This document shows positions 37,457 through 53,013 of a DNA stretch of 64,000 nucleotides, piece after piece. Made by a program: the position numbers and the translations under genes. This DNA comes from Macrostomum lignano (taxonomy: Eukaryota): positions 656,286 to 720,285 of the forward strand of contig NIVC01000598.1 in the NCBI GenBank assembly GCA_002269645.1, given 5' to 3'. The stretch's first letter is position 1, and the number at the start of each line of letters is the position of its first letter. The notes below the pieces were generated by a model. That model was not told the origin of the DNA and did not search any database. It saw only the letters and a list, made by a program, of their open reading frames with translations.

Positions 37457-38495
37457 TGTGCAGTCGCTCACTAACTAAAATGGAGGTTCAAGTCAAATTC
37501 ACGCCTGCCATTTCGATGGTGAATTTGGTGTATATAAGTTAGCAGAAATTTCAGCCGTATAAAAATGTTCAATACCAGATTCAAGATAACTGTGGACACT
37601 CTGAGTGCGCATCTACGAGCTAATTGCAGAATCTAAACAATCGGATACGCCCGCAACATCTTACACTAACACCTACGCACATAGGGTTTTATCACTGCAC
37701 TAGGACATCAACTTGTGCTAAACAAATTCAGTGATGGTCAGCTAATTTAAATTTAAACAAAACTCCTTATGACTGCAATCTTTTAGAATACATTCTTTAA
37801 AGACGCTAAAGTTGGATTATTTATCTGATTCAGTTTTGACCACCGGTAGCGGCAAACGCATCCGAGACAGCAATTTACCTGGTAAAACCCTGTGAAACTT
37901 GAGTGGTGCAAGGTATCCAGTGGTCAAATAACTGTGTAAAACTTCAGCAGTAAGGAATGAAGGCTAGAGAGTACGAAAACATTTTAATGCACAAGAGCGC
38001 CGGAATCATTTCTACACGCATTTATTCTGCAGCGGACCAAAAATCAAAGCGGTTGTAAAATCATTTCTGAACGAACGGATTTCATAGATTTTATCGAAAC
38101 ATCGACGGTCGGAATTGAGTGACTTTGATTGTTGTGAGCTGAAGCATAGAGACACAAATGTTACTAAGCAAAACAACGGCAAATAAGTTCGATTTAAGAG
38201 CTATTTAAAACAACTATAAAAAGCATTTGTGGTGAACTAATTTGAGAACAGAATTAGGACAAGTGAACATAAAAGCAAGCACTATCGCATAATACTACTT
38301 CTCAGTAGGACAACAACGGTTTAAAATTTATAAGTAGACAGACAGTGGACAGATTCTCCAGTTAAGTCAAGTGAAACACCTGTAAACACGCCTATGATTA
38401 TTTCATTATACATGTATCGATCAATTTCAAGGATCACAAAGAAAGTCAAGCAGGCAAAGTCGGATTGCTGATCGATAGGAAAGAGAATTCTCGCA

Positions 38496-38721
38496 CTAGA
38501 CGAAGCTGCTGTTCTGTGATCGCGAATTTCGACCATCGGCTGCGGCTGTCGACACCTGCTGCTTGTTGCTAGGCAGCAGTCTCATGCTGCTGGCCTCTGT
38601 CGGGCCCGCACTGAAGGTAACCACAGCGCCTTGCCGACGGCCGGTGCTGGTCGATGAGTCGTGAGAGTGCTGCTGGAAGTGCACCGCGGCCGGGGGGCTG
38701 GGTTTGGGGAGTCGAGGTTGC
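38496..38721 (-). CDS. Protocadherin exon 6 (terminal; ends SSFV)
   Basis: Acceptor CTAGTAG|G fits phase 2 and is in frame with ORF 38496-38684. Ends in the class I PDZ-ligand-like S-x-V. Confidence 0.65.
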
Positions 38722-38918
38722 CTACTAGTTAGTCAGAAAGAACAGTTTGGGGGTGGCAAGCAGTCATGCACATTCCCGCTGCCCCCTGAGCACACAAGCA
38801 GGCCTCAATCATAACCTCATGCCCTGGTATTGGCCCTTGAGTGCGTTAATCGCTAAACTCACCAGCTAAACTCACTCGGTCTGACCAACCAACCAGCTAG
38901 CTTAAGGATGTTTCTTAC

Positions 38919-39135
38919 CGACCAGAATCCGGATGCTGGCGTCGCGGCATAGTTGCCATGGGGTCATGCGACACGCTGTACCTGAATGTGCTCAGCACTG
39001 GCTGCTGCTGCTGAACCGATTGGTATTGAGGTGGAGCCTGGTGCGACAGCGGTGGCGGCGGCAGCGGCTGGTACTGATGGTGCTGAGCTGCTCGCAGATG
39101 TTTCCCATCGATGCCCAGTGTGGCGTGGAAGTCAG
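38919..39135 (-). CDS. Protocadherin exon 5
   Basis: Acceptor CTCTTAG|CT (phase 1); open Q/P-rich frame; donor CG|GTAAGA (phase 2). Confidence 0.65.
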
Positions 39136-39394
39136 CTAAGAGATTGTATCGTGAAATTCAATAAAACGAATCATTTTTGGGTTCATTCGTGCAAAAGCAT
39201 CGGAGCTATAAATATCTGGGCGACAGAAAAGTTCAGCTATTTATTGCACCGCTTCTGGGCAGAATGTTTGATGTCGAGTGGGACTTTGAGTAGATCCGCT
39301 GTACTCGCATTATACCAACTTGTCTCATTCAGATAAAATCTATTCAACTAACGTGTTAGTGCAAGCCATTTTTTACTTGTTGATTAAAATCTCT

Positions 39395-40052
39395 CCTTCT
39401 ACTTACCACACCCACCCCTTCTCTCTCCCTGTACTTACCACACCCACCCCTTCTCTCTCTCTGTACTTACCACACCCACCCCTTCTCTCTCCCTGTACTT
39501 ACCACACCCACCCCTTCTCTCTCTCTGTACTTACTACACCCACCCCTTCTCTCTCTCTGTACTTACCACACCCACCCCTTCTCTCTCTCTGTAATTACCA
39601 CACCCACCCCTTCTCTCTCTGTACTTACCACACCCACCCTTCTCTCTCTCTGTAATTACCACACCCACCCCTTCTCTCTCTCTGTACTTACCACACCCAC
39701 CCCTTCTCTCTCTCTGTACTTACTACACCCACCCCTTCTCTCTCTCTGTACTTACCACACCCACCCCTTCTCTCTCTCTGTAATTACCACACCCACCCCT
39801 TCTCTCTCTGTACTTACCACACCCACCCTTCTCTCTCTCTGTAATTACCACACCCACCCCTTCTCTCTCTCTGTACTTACCACACCCACCCCTTCTCTCT
39901 CTCTGTACTTACCACACCCACCCCTTCTCTCTTTCTGTAATTACCACACCCACCCCTTCTCTCTCTGTACTTACTACACCCACCCCTTCTCTCTCTCTCT
40001 CTGTAATTACCACACCCACCCCTTCTCTCTCTCTGTACTTACTACACCCACC

Positions 40053-40105
<53 letters not shown>

Positions 40106-40222
40106 CTTACCCCACCCACCCCTTCTCTCTCTCCCTGTACTTAGCACACCCACCTCTTCTCTCTCTCATTGTACTTACTGCACCCACCCACCACCCCTTC
40201 TCTCTCTCCCTGTACTTACCCC
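39395..40222 (+). repeat. ~31-33-bp minisatellite CTGTACTTACCACACCCACCCCTTCTCTCTCT
   Basis: Visible, with a variable (CT)n core. Confidence 0.93.
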
Positions 40223-40347
40223 AGTGTCTTCCCCTAAACTAATTTGACAGGAAGTAAAATTTCTATGATGTCACCACTCTATTGCTATAAGTAATATACA
40301 AATCTGAGAAAGAAAAAACCAGCCAAAAAGGTAAATTTTTTAATTAC

Positions 40348-40438
40348 CTTTAGCGGCCTTCATTGATCTGCTGCCGTTGTCGCTGCTGCAGCCTTTGCCG
40401 CTGTCCAGACTCTCGGCGTCATCTAGCAGAATTTTCCC
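40348..40438 (-). CDS. Protocadherin exon 4 (CM1-like DSGKG)
   Basis: Acceptor TGTTGCAG|GGG (phase 0); GKILLDDAESLDSGKGCSSDNGSRSMKAAK; donor G|GTAATT (phase 1). Confidence 0.75.
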
Positions 40439-40885
40439 CTGCAACAGAATAGCGGCTAGGTTAGACAGGGGCACGAATTGATAGCGTAGAAATATAGGAA
40501 ATGGGCAGCGCTGCAGGCAGATGAGGGATTTTGCTAATTAGGGAAACGACAGGGGCGGACGGATTAAGACGTCCGGGGTTCTGAGAGACAAAATCCATTC
40601 ATTCATTTGCGCCAGTCCATCCGTTCGTCCATTGCTTGAGCGCGTTTCGCTCACTACTCAGTCTTCTTCTTCTTGTTCTTCGGCTTTGCTAGAAATTTTG
40701 TTCTACTGCTTTTTAGTTCTATCACCTTAATCTGCCGGCGTCCCGAGCTTCTGTTTCGCAAATCCTGCAGCTTGTAATTTGACAGATACGGAGAGTCAGA
40801 GAGAGGGCGAAGAAGTTTTCAAGAAGTTTGCGAGCTGCATCACCTTGTGTCTTGTGACATCAGGAGAGGACTTAGAGCCTTCAGA

Positions 40886-41354
40886 GGGAGTGAGGCAGGG
40901 AGTGAGGCAGGGAGTGAGGCAGGGAGTGAGGCAGGGAGTGAGGCAGGGAGTGAGGCAGGGAGTGAGGCAGGGAGTGAAGCAGAGAGTGAGGCAGGGAGTG
41001 AGGCAGGGAGTGAGGCAGGGAGTGAGGCAGGGAGTGAGGCAGGGAGTGAGGCAGGGAGTGAGGCAGGGAGTGAGGCAGGGAGTGAGGCAGGGAGTGAGGC
41101 AGGGAGTGAGGCAGGGAGTGAGGCAGGGAGTGAGGCAGGGAGTGAGGCAGGGAGTGAGGAAGGGAGTGAGGCAGGGAGTGAGGCAGGGAGTGAGGCAGGG
41201 AGTGAGGCAGGGAGTGAGGCAGGGAGTGAGGCAGGGAGTGAGGCAGGGAGTGAGGCAGGGAGTGAGGCAGGGAGTGAGGAAGGGAGTGAGGAAGGGAGTG
41301 AGGCAGGGAGTGAGGCAGGGAGTGAGGCAGGGAGTGAGGCAGGGAGTGAGGCAG
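40886..41354 (+). repeat. 12-bp minisatellite GGGAGTGAGGCA
   Basis: Visible. Confidence 0.95.
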
Positions 41355-41930
41355 GAAGAAAGGGGGCGATGTGAAGACTTCAGACTGTGGTCATCAATAA
41401 TTTGCTAAGAGTTATTTTCATTTCCTAGAAAAGAGTCATCATTGATGCGAGTTCAACTGAGGTGATTGGATTCGGGTAATTCCATAATCCAGACCTAGAG
41501 AACCGTATTTGACACAACTCAGAAGATTAAAAACGGGAATTTACCTAAAGAGAGTAAGGATGCGTGGCGAGAGTCGGGAAGCATCACCCCCCGCTAATGA
41601 CCCGCGTCGTTTCTGACGCATCTGTGAAGTTTTTACTTCTAAAAAAGACGACTGTGTTCTCAAGGCATTGACTTTTAAAAAGAAACCCGCGAGCTCTTTG
41701 ATCTACACTGAGTCGGAATTTGCTCCAGCCTGCCACAACTCGCCAGTGAGTCATAAAGGCCGTTTGCAGCGAATTGTAAAATATTTCTTTCCTAAACTGA
41801 TGCGCCGCACACTGTCTAAGAGCCTCGCCTGCAATCTCGGTTGACAACAAGGTTGAAACAGTCTCATGGGTTTGCTGATTCTTATAAAACAGCCCAAAAT
41901 ACCTGTTGATCACCAAGAGACATTTCTCAC

Positions 41931-42043
41931 CTCACTGCCGGTGAAGGCGACCCTCCTGACGGTGGCCTCGCTGTCCAGCGGGCTGAGCGGCAACTGCACT
42001 TGGTAGCGGCTGTCGGCCATCGGGTCGGGCCGTACCGCTGAGT
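41931..42043 (-). CDS. Protocadherin exon 3 (RRVAF motif)
   Basis: Acceptor TTTCCAG|AC fits the phase 1 donor at 57223. DSAVRPDPMADSRYQVQLPLSPLDSEATVRRVAFTGSE; donor GAG|GTGAGA (phase 0). Confidence 0.75.
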
Positions 42044-42109
42044 CTGGAAATAGGTGGTTTTTTGGTGGTGCTCTAGAGACGAGCCCTGCTAAGGATGTGC
42101 TGTTGGAGA

Positions 42110-42480
42110 GTGAAGAGGGGAGAGTGGAGAGCGGGTAGAGGAGAGGGGAGAGTGGAGAGGGGAGAGTGGAGAGCGGGTAGAGGAGAGGGGAGAGTGGAGA
42201 GGGGAGAGTGGAGAGCGGGTAGAGGAGAGGGGAGAGTGGAGAGGGGAGAGTGGAGAGCGGGTAGAGGAGAGGGGAGAGTGGAGAGCGGGTAGAGGAGAGG
42301 GGAGAGTGGAGAGGGGAGAGTGGAGAGCGGGTAGAGGAGAGGGGAGAGTGGAGAGGGGAGAGTGGAGAGCGGGTAGAGGAGAGTGGAGAGTGGAGAGGGG
42401 AGAGTGGAGAGCGGGTAGAGGAGAGGGGAGAGTGGAGAGGGGAGAGTGGAGAGCGGGTAGAGGAGAGTGGAGAGTGGAGA
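42110..42480 (+). repeat. GA-rich minisatellite (GGAGAGTGGAGAGCGGGTAGAG-type)
   Basis: Visible. Confidence 0.9.
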
Positions 42481-43279
42481 GATAGAATAGAGAGAAGATC
42501 AAAGACATACGGGAAGAGAAAAGCACAAAAAGAGGAGAGCAGGAAGGAGGGCAAGATGTCCCAAAGGATCCGAAATAAACTACGCATTTATAAAATCGAT
42601 TCTTAATAGCACATAACGAACTGATTTCGACAATATAGCTATAGGCACGTGTTGAAGAGTGACAATTATCTGATCTGACAGGCAGTTAATAAAAGTGTCT
42701 GTCCCGCCCAGACAGTCAGTGAGTTTGGGGCGAGGCAGCTTAGACAGACTCTGATATTCCAGCTCGAAATTTGATGCCCCACCTCTCCGTCTGTCTCTTC
42801 AAACAGGCCGCACCGGCAAAAGTCGGCCCCGAAGCGGTGACGCAACAAGCTTCTTCACTATTGTTGAATTTTGAGCCGGTCGAGGAGAAGCCAAATTTGA
42901 AGTGGCCTCGAACGAAGCTCGGAGAGATTGAGAAACTCAATGCTCAGCTCAAACAGGCGCCGACACCAGTGGGTTGGGGAGGACAGTTGCCAAGGTGAAG
43001 AGGCTTATTACGTATAAAAAATTTTTAGAGGCACTTCGTCAACACCGTGATTTTGTTGTCAGGCGGGTTGTGTCAGTCACTTTTGAAAGAAAAAACAATA
43101 GAGTGCTGGCTAGTGTATGGAAGATGAGCCTTTAAACAATGGGGTTTATTGAGGGGCATGGGCTTATTGGAAATGACAAAATATCTAATATAAATGTCTG
43201 TGAGTGACAGCTGAGGGCAGGTGTGTTAAATTGTCACCGCACATTCCCTTCATCTGTCAGTGGCTGAGTGGCTGAGTGG

Positions 43280-46168
<2,889 letters not shown>

Positions 46169-46185
46169 CACCCCCACTGCCTTTT
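46169..46185 (-). other. Polypurine tract (putative)
   Basis: Minus-strand AAAAGGCAGTGGGGGTG directly precedes the 3' LTR start TGATG. Confidence 0.6.
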
Positions 46186-46707
46186 GTGACGGAACTGGTT
46201 CCGTCATCATCACTGCCCAACATGGAACCACACAGACGGGAGCGGGATCTCAACCGAACGTGAAATCACAGAATTAACAAACCGCGAGCGGGAATGGAAA
46301 AAGGCGATAAAATAGAGGGGATAGCAATAAATTCACAAAACGAGATACATAGGTTGAAGTACAATATAGAATTTCAACAATTTCAACTGTTGCTGTGGCT
46401 AAAGTGGGAGGGGGAAAACACAGACAGCGCAATAGTAGGGAGAAAAATAGCGAATTGTCAACAATCAATTATCATAATTGGATAGAAGCGCCGCTGGGAA
46501 AGAGAGGAAACGGGGAAGGGTGAGGGAAGTGGGGAAAAAGAAGGGGGGAAGGGTTGCTAGCACACAGCCAAGGGCAGAGCCTCGGGGAGAATGACAATTA
46601 CACAGGGGAAAAATACTAATGCAGCGCAGTAAATTAATAAGCTAATTTCGCCGGGAGTTCAACCGCACGGAGGCCTAGCGTCCTTGAGGGCTCGGACCCC
46701 GCTTCAG

Positions 46708-46880
46708 CCAGTCAGATGGCTTCGGGGCGATCGGTTGTAGGCTGGGAGGCGCCGCGCCGTGCACTGGCCACTGTATAAGAGGCGCCACTGATGACGGGAG
46801 CCAGCTGCCTGCAACCTACACGGAGTCGCAGTTTCTAACCAAGGCGCCCAGCGCGATCTTTCAAACTATACAACTACTCG
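46708..46880 (+). CDS. Candidate antisense gene inside the LTR element, internal exon
   Basis: Acceptor CCCCGCTTCAG|, open frame, strong donor TCG|GTAAGT at 46881 (phase 1) in frame with 47703. Confidence 0.35.
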
Positions 46881-47702
46881 GTAAGTCCCATCACCAACCT
46901 GATTTCCTTTCGCCTATACGTTAAACGAAATCTACCCACTTGCTATGCCTTTCATATTAAACTGAGCCAACGGTAGTAGTACAATATGTCTTTTCTTACG
47001 GTACTAAGAGTGAGAGGCCAACACAGACTTATTTTTATGAATTTGATTGACGCACAACAAAGACTCGTATATTATTAGTAAAAGGTGGCATATTAGACAA
47101 ACAAGTTTTTATTAGAAAAATAGTGAAATACTATAAAAATAGTGGCACACACACACACACACACCGCCCTCATTCACGTCTTCGAAACCCTCAAAAACTT
47201 AACAGCCGAAAGAGTTTGAAAGAGGAATTAATCATTAATTTGACTGCCACCAGTTTGATGTACTATTATAAAAGAGAAAGGGGAACCGACCACCATCTTG
47301 GCGCATTACTAAAGAAAAGAAAAGGAGGATCAGCCACCCTTTTGAGAGAGGTTGCTAGGGAAAACTGCCACCACTTGTACATTAACAGGGAAGAGAAAGA
47401 GGGAACCCGTCACCAATTAGAGTGGATTGCCCGGGGAAACTGCCACCATTTGCCCTTCTACCAGAGGAGAGGAAGACGAAAAACTGCCATTACTTAGGGG
47501 TGTATTATTAAAAGAAGGCGGGGAAGAAGGCTACCACTACTTGATCACCTAGAGCTCAAGAGAAGGAGAGGGAATGAAGAAAGGAAGAAACCCCCAAGAA
47601 GGCCACTACCACACGCCATAAAGTTAAAATCCCCATCTATCTACATCCTAATACCCGGCTAGTTCCCTACTTCTATTTCATCCTTTAAATTCTCATTTTC
47701 AG

Positions 47703-48109
47703 GATTCCGGCCGCTAGTAGCCGAGCCCATCCTTGAAGAGGAGTCCGACTACGAAGCGCCCGAAGACAGCCATTCAGAGCCGGACGCCCCCTCTGATTCT
47801 GGGCCGGCTGCGCCATCTGGTGACATAGGCGCCGCGGCTCCCGGGCCATGCGACCGCCGAGCCGCCAGCGAACCAGCGTCCGGGGCCGGTTGGCATCCGG
47901 TACCACCGCCGTTGTCAGCCCGAGCGCACGCTCCGCCGCCGGTCGCCGCGGTGACGCCCGTGGCTGCCGCTCCACAGCCCTTGCCAACCCCTGTGGTGGA
48001 GACCGACGGCTCCTGGCATTTGGTCGTGCTGTCGACGGCCCTAATAGCCGGTCTCACAATGCACTGGCTACTGCTCTTGGAGCTATTTCTGCGGCTTCCC
48101 AACTGCTGA
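47703..48109 (+). CDS. Candidate antisense gene inside the LTR element, terminal exon
   Basis: Acceptor TCTCATTTTCAG|GA. Frame is open from the acceptor to TGA at 48109 (~135 codons): acidic, then Pro/Ala-rich, then a hydrophobic C-terminus. Confidence 0.45.
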
Positions 48110-48696
48110 TGCTGGTGGTTCTTAATGCTTACTTACTAATTCTGAACTATCTGTCCCCATAACTTGACTTTAATTACTTACCTGACTTTACATTGACTAA
48201 ACCACTGGCCTACTCTAAACTAATTGCTGCCCCATTTGCCTGATAAACTTAATTACATTGAATGCCCCCCCTATTGCCTCATCGAAACCAATTAAAAGTT
48301 TCCCAAAATCGGACTTTCACAAAGTGTGAACAAACACACGAAATCAGACCTAAAGGTGCTAATTTCCTACGGTCCCAGACTTCCATTGTTCCCAGAAAAT
48401 CTTAAACAGCGGGGCAGGACCTCCTGTGGAGCAGACCCATAGAAATTTTACTAGTTTCCAAGTTAATATTTACTGATAGGGAATTAACGCATACTGTACG
48501 GGCCTAATTTTCGAGCTAAAATCTTAGATATTTAAACAACACCAACGAGCACGAGGTCACAACATAAATTCGAGTAATAGAGGGCATACGTAAATACGCG
48601 AAAAGCGGTCTCCAACGGGGCAATACGAGCAAAATTTCGACACGCGAATCGGGGGGGGGGAATTAAGCAATCACTGGCTAGCTACCGATCTGTTAC

Positions 48697-49221
48697 TCAG
48701 CGGGGGTCGAATGGGAGACTCACACCTAGCAAGTAAACCTTTTCTGTTCGATAGTCTATGATAGCATGCGTACTGGCTAGAAAAGCACTACCCAGGAGGG
48801 AAACTGCTGCTGAATTGCCAACGACCAGAAAGAGGATTCTCACCTCTTCTAGCCCAATAACTGCTGTGAGGGTGGCCTGGCCTAGCATCTCTAATTCATT
48901 GCCCGTGTAGGACACGGCCTTCACACATGGGGGCTCCAGGGCCTCCACACTCTGTCCGGTAATTTTAGTAAAGTCTTTGACTGTTAGCAAAGACAGCGCA
49001 CTGCCCCCATCTACCAGGAGGCGGGTGGGAACATTCTCAATTGGCAACTCTACAACAATATCTCTCCCGCGTTGTCCTCCAGCTGGTCTTGGCTGATAGA
49101 AATCGGGTACCTTCTCAAATCTAAACTTCTTGCTGGGCGGACGTGGCAGGTTAAGCTGGGCCCTAGAGAGGGAACGGGGCTGAGTTCGGGCCGGGCCATT
49201 CAGCCCTCCCACGGGTTTCCC
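48697..49221 (-). CDS. Retropepsin-like aspartic protease, -1 frame after gag
   Basis: LLVDGGSALSLL active-site motif and C-terminal SLLGSAFL; stop at 48697. Confidence 0.85.
   Translation of the reverse strand, partial: GKPVGGLNGPARTQPRSLSRAQLNLPRPPSKKFRFEKVPDFYQPRPAGGQRGRDIVVELPIENVPTRLLVDGGSALSLLTVKDFTKITGQSVEALEPPCVKAVSYTGNELEMLGQATLTAVIGLEEVRILFLVVGNSAAVSLLGSAFLASTHAIIDYRTEKVYLLGVSLPFDPR
49177..49221 (-). promoter_or_regulatory. -1 ribosomal frameshift signal (G GGA AAC plus stem-loop)
   Basis: Slippery heptamer in gag phase at 49221-49215, an 8-nt spacer, then a GGGCTGA/TCAGCCC stem. Confidence 0.7.
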
Positions 49222-50644
49222 GAACCCGGGGGCTCTTCAGGCGTGGAAGGAGGAGGCATCAGAGCTTGCGCGCGCAGCTGGGCGAGCCTCTCCTGCCTCT
49301 CCCTGGTAGCCTCGTCTAACATATCTCTGCCCCACTCCTCTAAATCTTGCCTATGGCGATCAGGTGGCGCACGAAGCTGCAATTGCTGCTGCTGCACACC
49401 CGGCGCCGGCGGCGTGGGCGTCTCCTGAATTGCAAGCGGCGGGGGCTGGGGTTGGCGCCAGTTCCTACTGCTATTAGAGCCGCCCTGCCCCTGCCTCCAG
49501 TTCCTGTTGGGAGTGGCGGGGCGAGGGGGCCTCATCTGCTGGGGCAGCTGGGCAACAGACTCTGCTGTCGCCTTCATAGTTTCATTGAGCTGCACCAGCT
49601 GGTTGCGCAGATCCTTTTGCGTTTGCTCTAGCGCGCCCAACCTCTCTTGCATCTCTGATAGGCCGTCACCGTCCTCCTCCGTCTCGTCAGCTTCCTGGTT
49701 CACCATCCTGACCCACTTGCGAGGGGGCCTGGGTGGCTGCTGAGGTTGCAGACGGACTTCGGTGCGGGACTCAGACCTGGGCGGGCCACTACTGTCCCAT
49801 TTCCCGGCTAAGTCTGCGGCTTCTAACAGGGCTTGCTGCTGTTCTAACACCTGCTCAATTGTCTGCCAGCGACGGCTCAACAGATCTTGTCTGACCTGGC
49901 GGGGGAGCTTAGCGTGTTCCAAGTAGGTGTACACGATTTCTTGTTCTCTCTGCTCACCCTGAACTGAGGAAACATGGCCGTTATCTGAGATCTTATCATA
50001 GCAGCAAAAGCACTATGTGATTGGCCGGGTTTCTGGCTCAGATTCTTCAGCTTATTTCTCTTAGCCAGATCAGTGTTGGCCTCGCCCAACTGCTCTCCTA
50101 ATCTAGATACGAACTGCTCAAAGGGCAATTGCCCGTCCAATCCTAAGGCTAAGTTCTGAAATTCACCTGGGAGGTGCGAGATGAGCACCTGCTTCCTAGC
50201 CTGATCTCCTACAGTTCTCTCCGCGTCCAGCTTGTAGATCATTCTCTCTACCCATTGCACAAAACAGTGTTCGCCGGGAGAGAACTTTTCTACGTAGATT
50301 TTCGGCCTCTGGGCGTCTTGGCCCATGTTTAGCTGGTTAAACGCATTGGCTATAGCGGCAACTAAGTCTCCTAGCTGCGGGACTGCCTGAGGAGGATTCT
50401 GGGCTGCGTCCGGGGGAGCAGCGGCGGCTGCTGCGCCACCCTGATTGGGAGCGGGAGCTGCTACTCCTTCATCTGGTTCCTCAACTACTACTGCTTCTGG
50501 AGGCTGAGGGACCTGGTTACCAGCGGCTGCGGCCATTGCGGCTGCGGGGGCGGCAACTGCTGGGGTGTCAGCGGCCGAGGGTGGTTGACCAGGGGCGTCT
50601 GCGCACACAGCTTCTACGACCCTATCTCCACGCGCCCGTGACAT
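49200..50644 (-). CDS. Gag-like protein (one internal 1-nt frameshift near 49958)
   Basis: ATG at 50644. Capsid-like core KFSPGEHCFVQWVERM...LKNLSQKPGQSHSAF. Continues in the -1 frame (GEQREQEIVYTYLEH...), then a coiled-coil-like stretch and an R/Q/P-rich C-terminus. No CCHC knuckle. Confidence 0.8.
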
Positions 50645-52992
50645 GTGAATGCCGGATAGCTGGGGAGTACCCACTACCGGGAAGGAAAAGAAAAGAAAAC
50701 CGGGGCAACTACAGGTAAAGACCGAAAAGTTGATCCGAAACACACAAACACACTCACACACACACAAACACAGACAAAACCCACATACTTGCGGCGTCGA
50801 AGAAAACAAATTGAAAAACGGGTGGCTCCACATAATTCCATTTAGGCAGTCCTAACGGCTTCACTCGGCAAAGCACACTGACTCAAACTGCGGCTACCAC
50901 TACCAGTTGTCTATGGCACATCCTGACAGGGAAAAATTGGCTATTCAGAGAGACTTGACCTTCATTTTGCGGCCATGCTAGGGAACCCAATGCCGACCGT
51001 AAACGGACTTACGGCACCTGTACAAATTCTCCCCTAGGGTTGCGCGCCGGACCCCATTTCCTTAAGAAAGCTACTACGAAGAAGCGTTGGCGCCTGGACC
51101 CAAAAACCCAAGTGGCGGGAGCAATCCCCATGGAGGTCCTCCCACTTTACTGCCCTTGCACAGCCGGAAAACCGTCGGAGTCCAGTGGGGCTTCCACCTC
51201 AGGACTACCAATCTTGTACACGCAGCTTCACAAAAGGCGGGAATCCAGCTCCCCTACGTCTAGCAGAATCCACAAAAACCAAGACCTCCCCCTTCTGTTC
51301 AGAGCGAAGGCGCGCAGCGGGAGTCCAGACTAAACTGTCCCCGAAGTTTTCAGGTTAGGCGGATTACAAGCCTGAAACTCTCGCCCGCTTTCCTAGGATA
51401 AACAGACCTAAGTGAGTATCTTCCTGAAATGCTTGCCCCTCCGATACTCCACCTTTGCTGCAGCTCGAAATAGCATACTTGGGACCTTTATCTGATGGCG
51501 GAGAAAGTCCTACAGTTGTCAGCCTCTCCACTTTACTGTACTTGAACGCCCGGTTCTACCAGGAGACAGCGGTACCTCCATCTAGGTTATTCCAAGTTGC
51601 CAGAGACGTCAACCCGTCTTATTGACCTTGCGGGGCACTGGGGTGGCACTCTATGTACCGGGGCTTTACATTAGGGGACTGCATGCAACCCTGCGTCTAA
51701 GCGCTTAGTGGGCTGCAGTGGCCAGAGGGGAAAAGAGTTGCGCAATAGCGCCTTCCTGGGCCAGGCTGACAAGTCGGGCAGGAGCGCCGTTCTACCGGGT
51801 CGGGCTGATTGGCACACCCACCTCCCCTATCAGACTGACAGCAGGGGGGAGGAATTACTAAAGGAGGAGAATGCAGCAGGAAACATTACGAGATCACTGG
51901 GGGCCACCAGACTTCCAGTACACCATTCCAATACTCACTGAACTCCACTATCAATAGGATACTATGGGATCTACTATTTCCAGCCACTGCACCAGCCCAA
52001 ATGCAACCAAAGCAGTTACTACCGGGTCTGCAATACAGTGGGGAGAGTCAGCAGACACGTTGGGATCGAATCCCAGCCATGAAGGCACCAGGGGTTACCG
52101 CAGAATTCAGGTCCGGGCTGATCGCAGGTATTCCATAGGAGGTGACACTTTTTTTAGCCCGAGATTTTTGAGTCACACTGATACCCTACAGAGATACAAT
52201 CACACCGCTATTCCCATTCCTGCGAGACTTTGGTATCCCCAATGTTTCCAAGGCCATGACTACTGCTTCCCTTACTATGCATATATAGCGAGTTCCCCAT
52301 AGCCCTTGATAGCTGTTCATTCTAATGGACAAACAAAACACGCTCCGGTCTCTACGCATTTCTAGGATTAACTGAGCGATCAGGGAGAGCGACTGTTACA
52401 CTCCCCGAGTAAAAGAAAGAGGTAGGACAAAGGAAAGAAATGCTTCGCTTCCAGCTTCCCTGTGCTTGCGTGATGAGGCTTCCGTACCTGGCTGGCTGTC
52501 CACCTCAACACTCACACAGTTCTGCTGTAGGCTAGGCGAGAGAAAGAAAGGGAGGGGAAATAAAGCATATTACCATGAAATAGAAAGTGAGTCCGGAAAA
52601 TTCACTTTCGCAGTTCTTCACACACTCCGTTACCAGGTAGCTATTCTGATTGTAATCAAATCCGCTCGTCTACCACTTCACACTTTCTAGTGCTGAAACT
52701 GATCGGCTAAATTAATTTTAAATTGAATCAGGGGCTTTTGGCGAATGAATGATTTTGGAAATTTCGAATGAATTGAACGAATTCGCAGCCCGAAAAATTT
52801 GAAAAGTTACATTAATATTTTTGGATTTTGTTGCCTCACGCCATGGGAGAAGAGAATGACGATTGGCGATTTTTACGATTGGTAGATTTAGACATGGCAC
52901 TCTTTGCGCTTCGGCCACCATTCTGAGGGATGCCACAGGTGCGCTTGTCACATCTAAACCACCAGTCCGAAACTCAGCGCTGTTTGCACCAG

Positions 52993-53010
52993 ATCCCACC
53001 GCTGCCACCA
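52993..53010 (-). other. Primer binding site, tRNA-Leu
   Basis: Minus-strand TGGTGGCAGCGGTGGGAT is complementary to the ...AUCCCACCGCUGCCACCA 3' end known for eukaryotic tRNA-Leu(AAG/TAG). It lies 3 nt from the LTR end. Confidence 0.85.
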
Positions 53011-53013
53011 TTT

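Noticed and set aside
48990-49015. Protease DGG instead of D(T/S)G as a sign of inactivity
   Set aside because: DGGS variants occur in some Ty3/gypsy proteases, so the motif alone does not show loss of function.
52060-52080. B-box-like GGGATCGAATCCC in the element leader
   Set aside because: No A box or cloverleaf could be built; not called as a tRNA.
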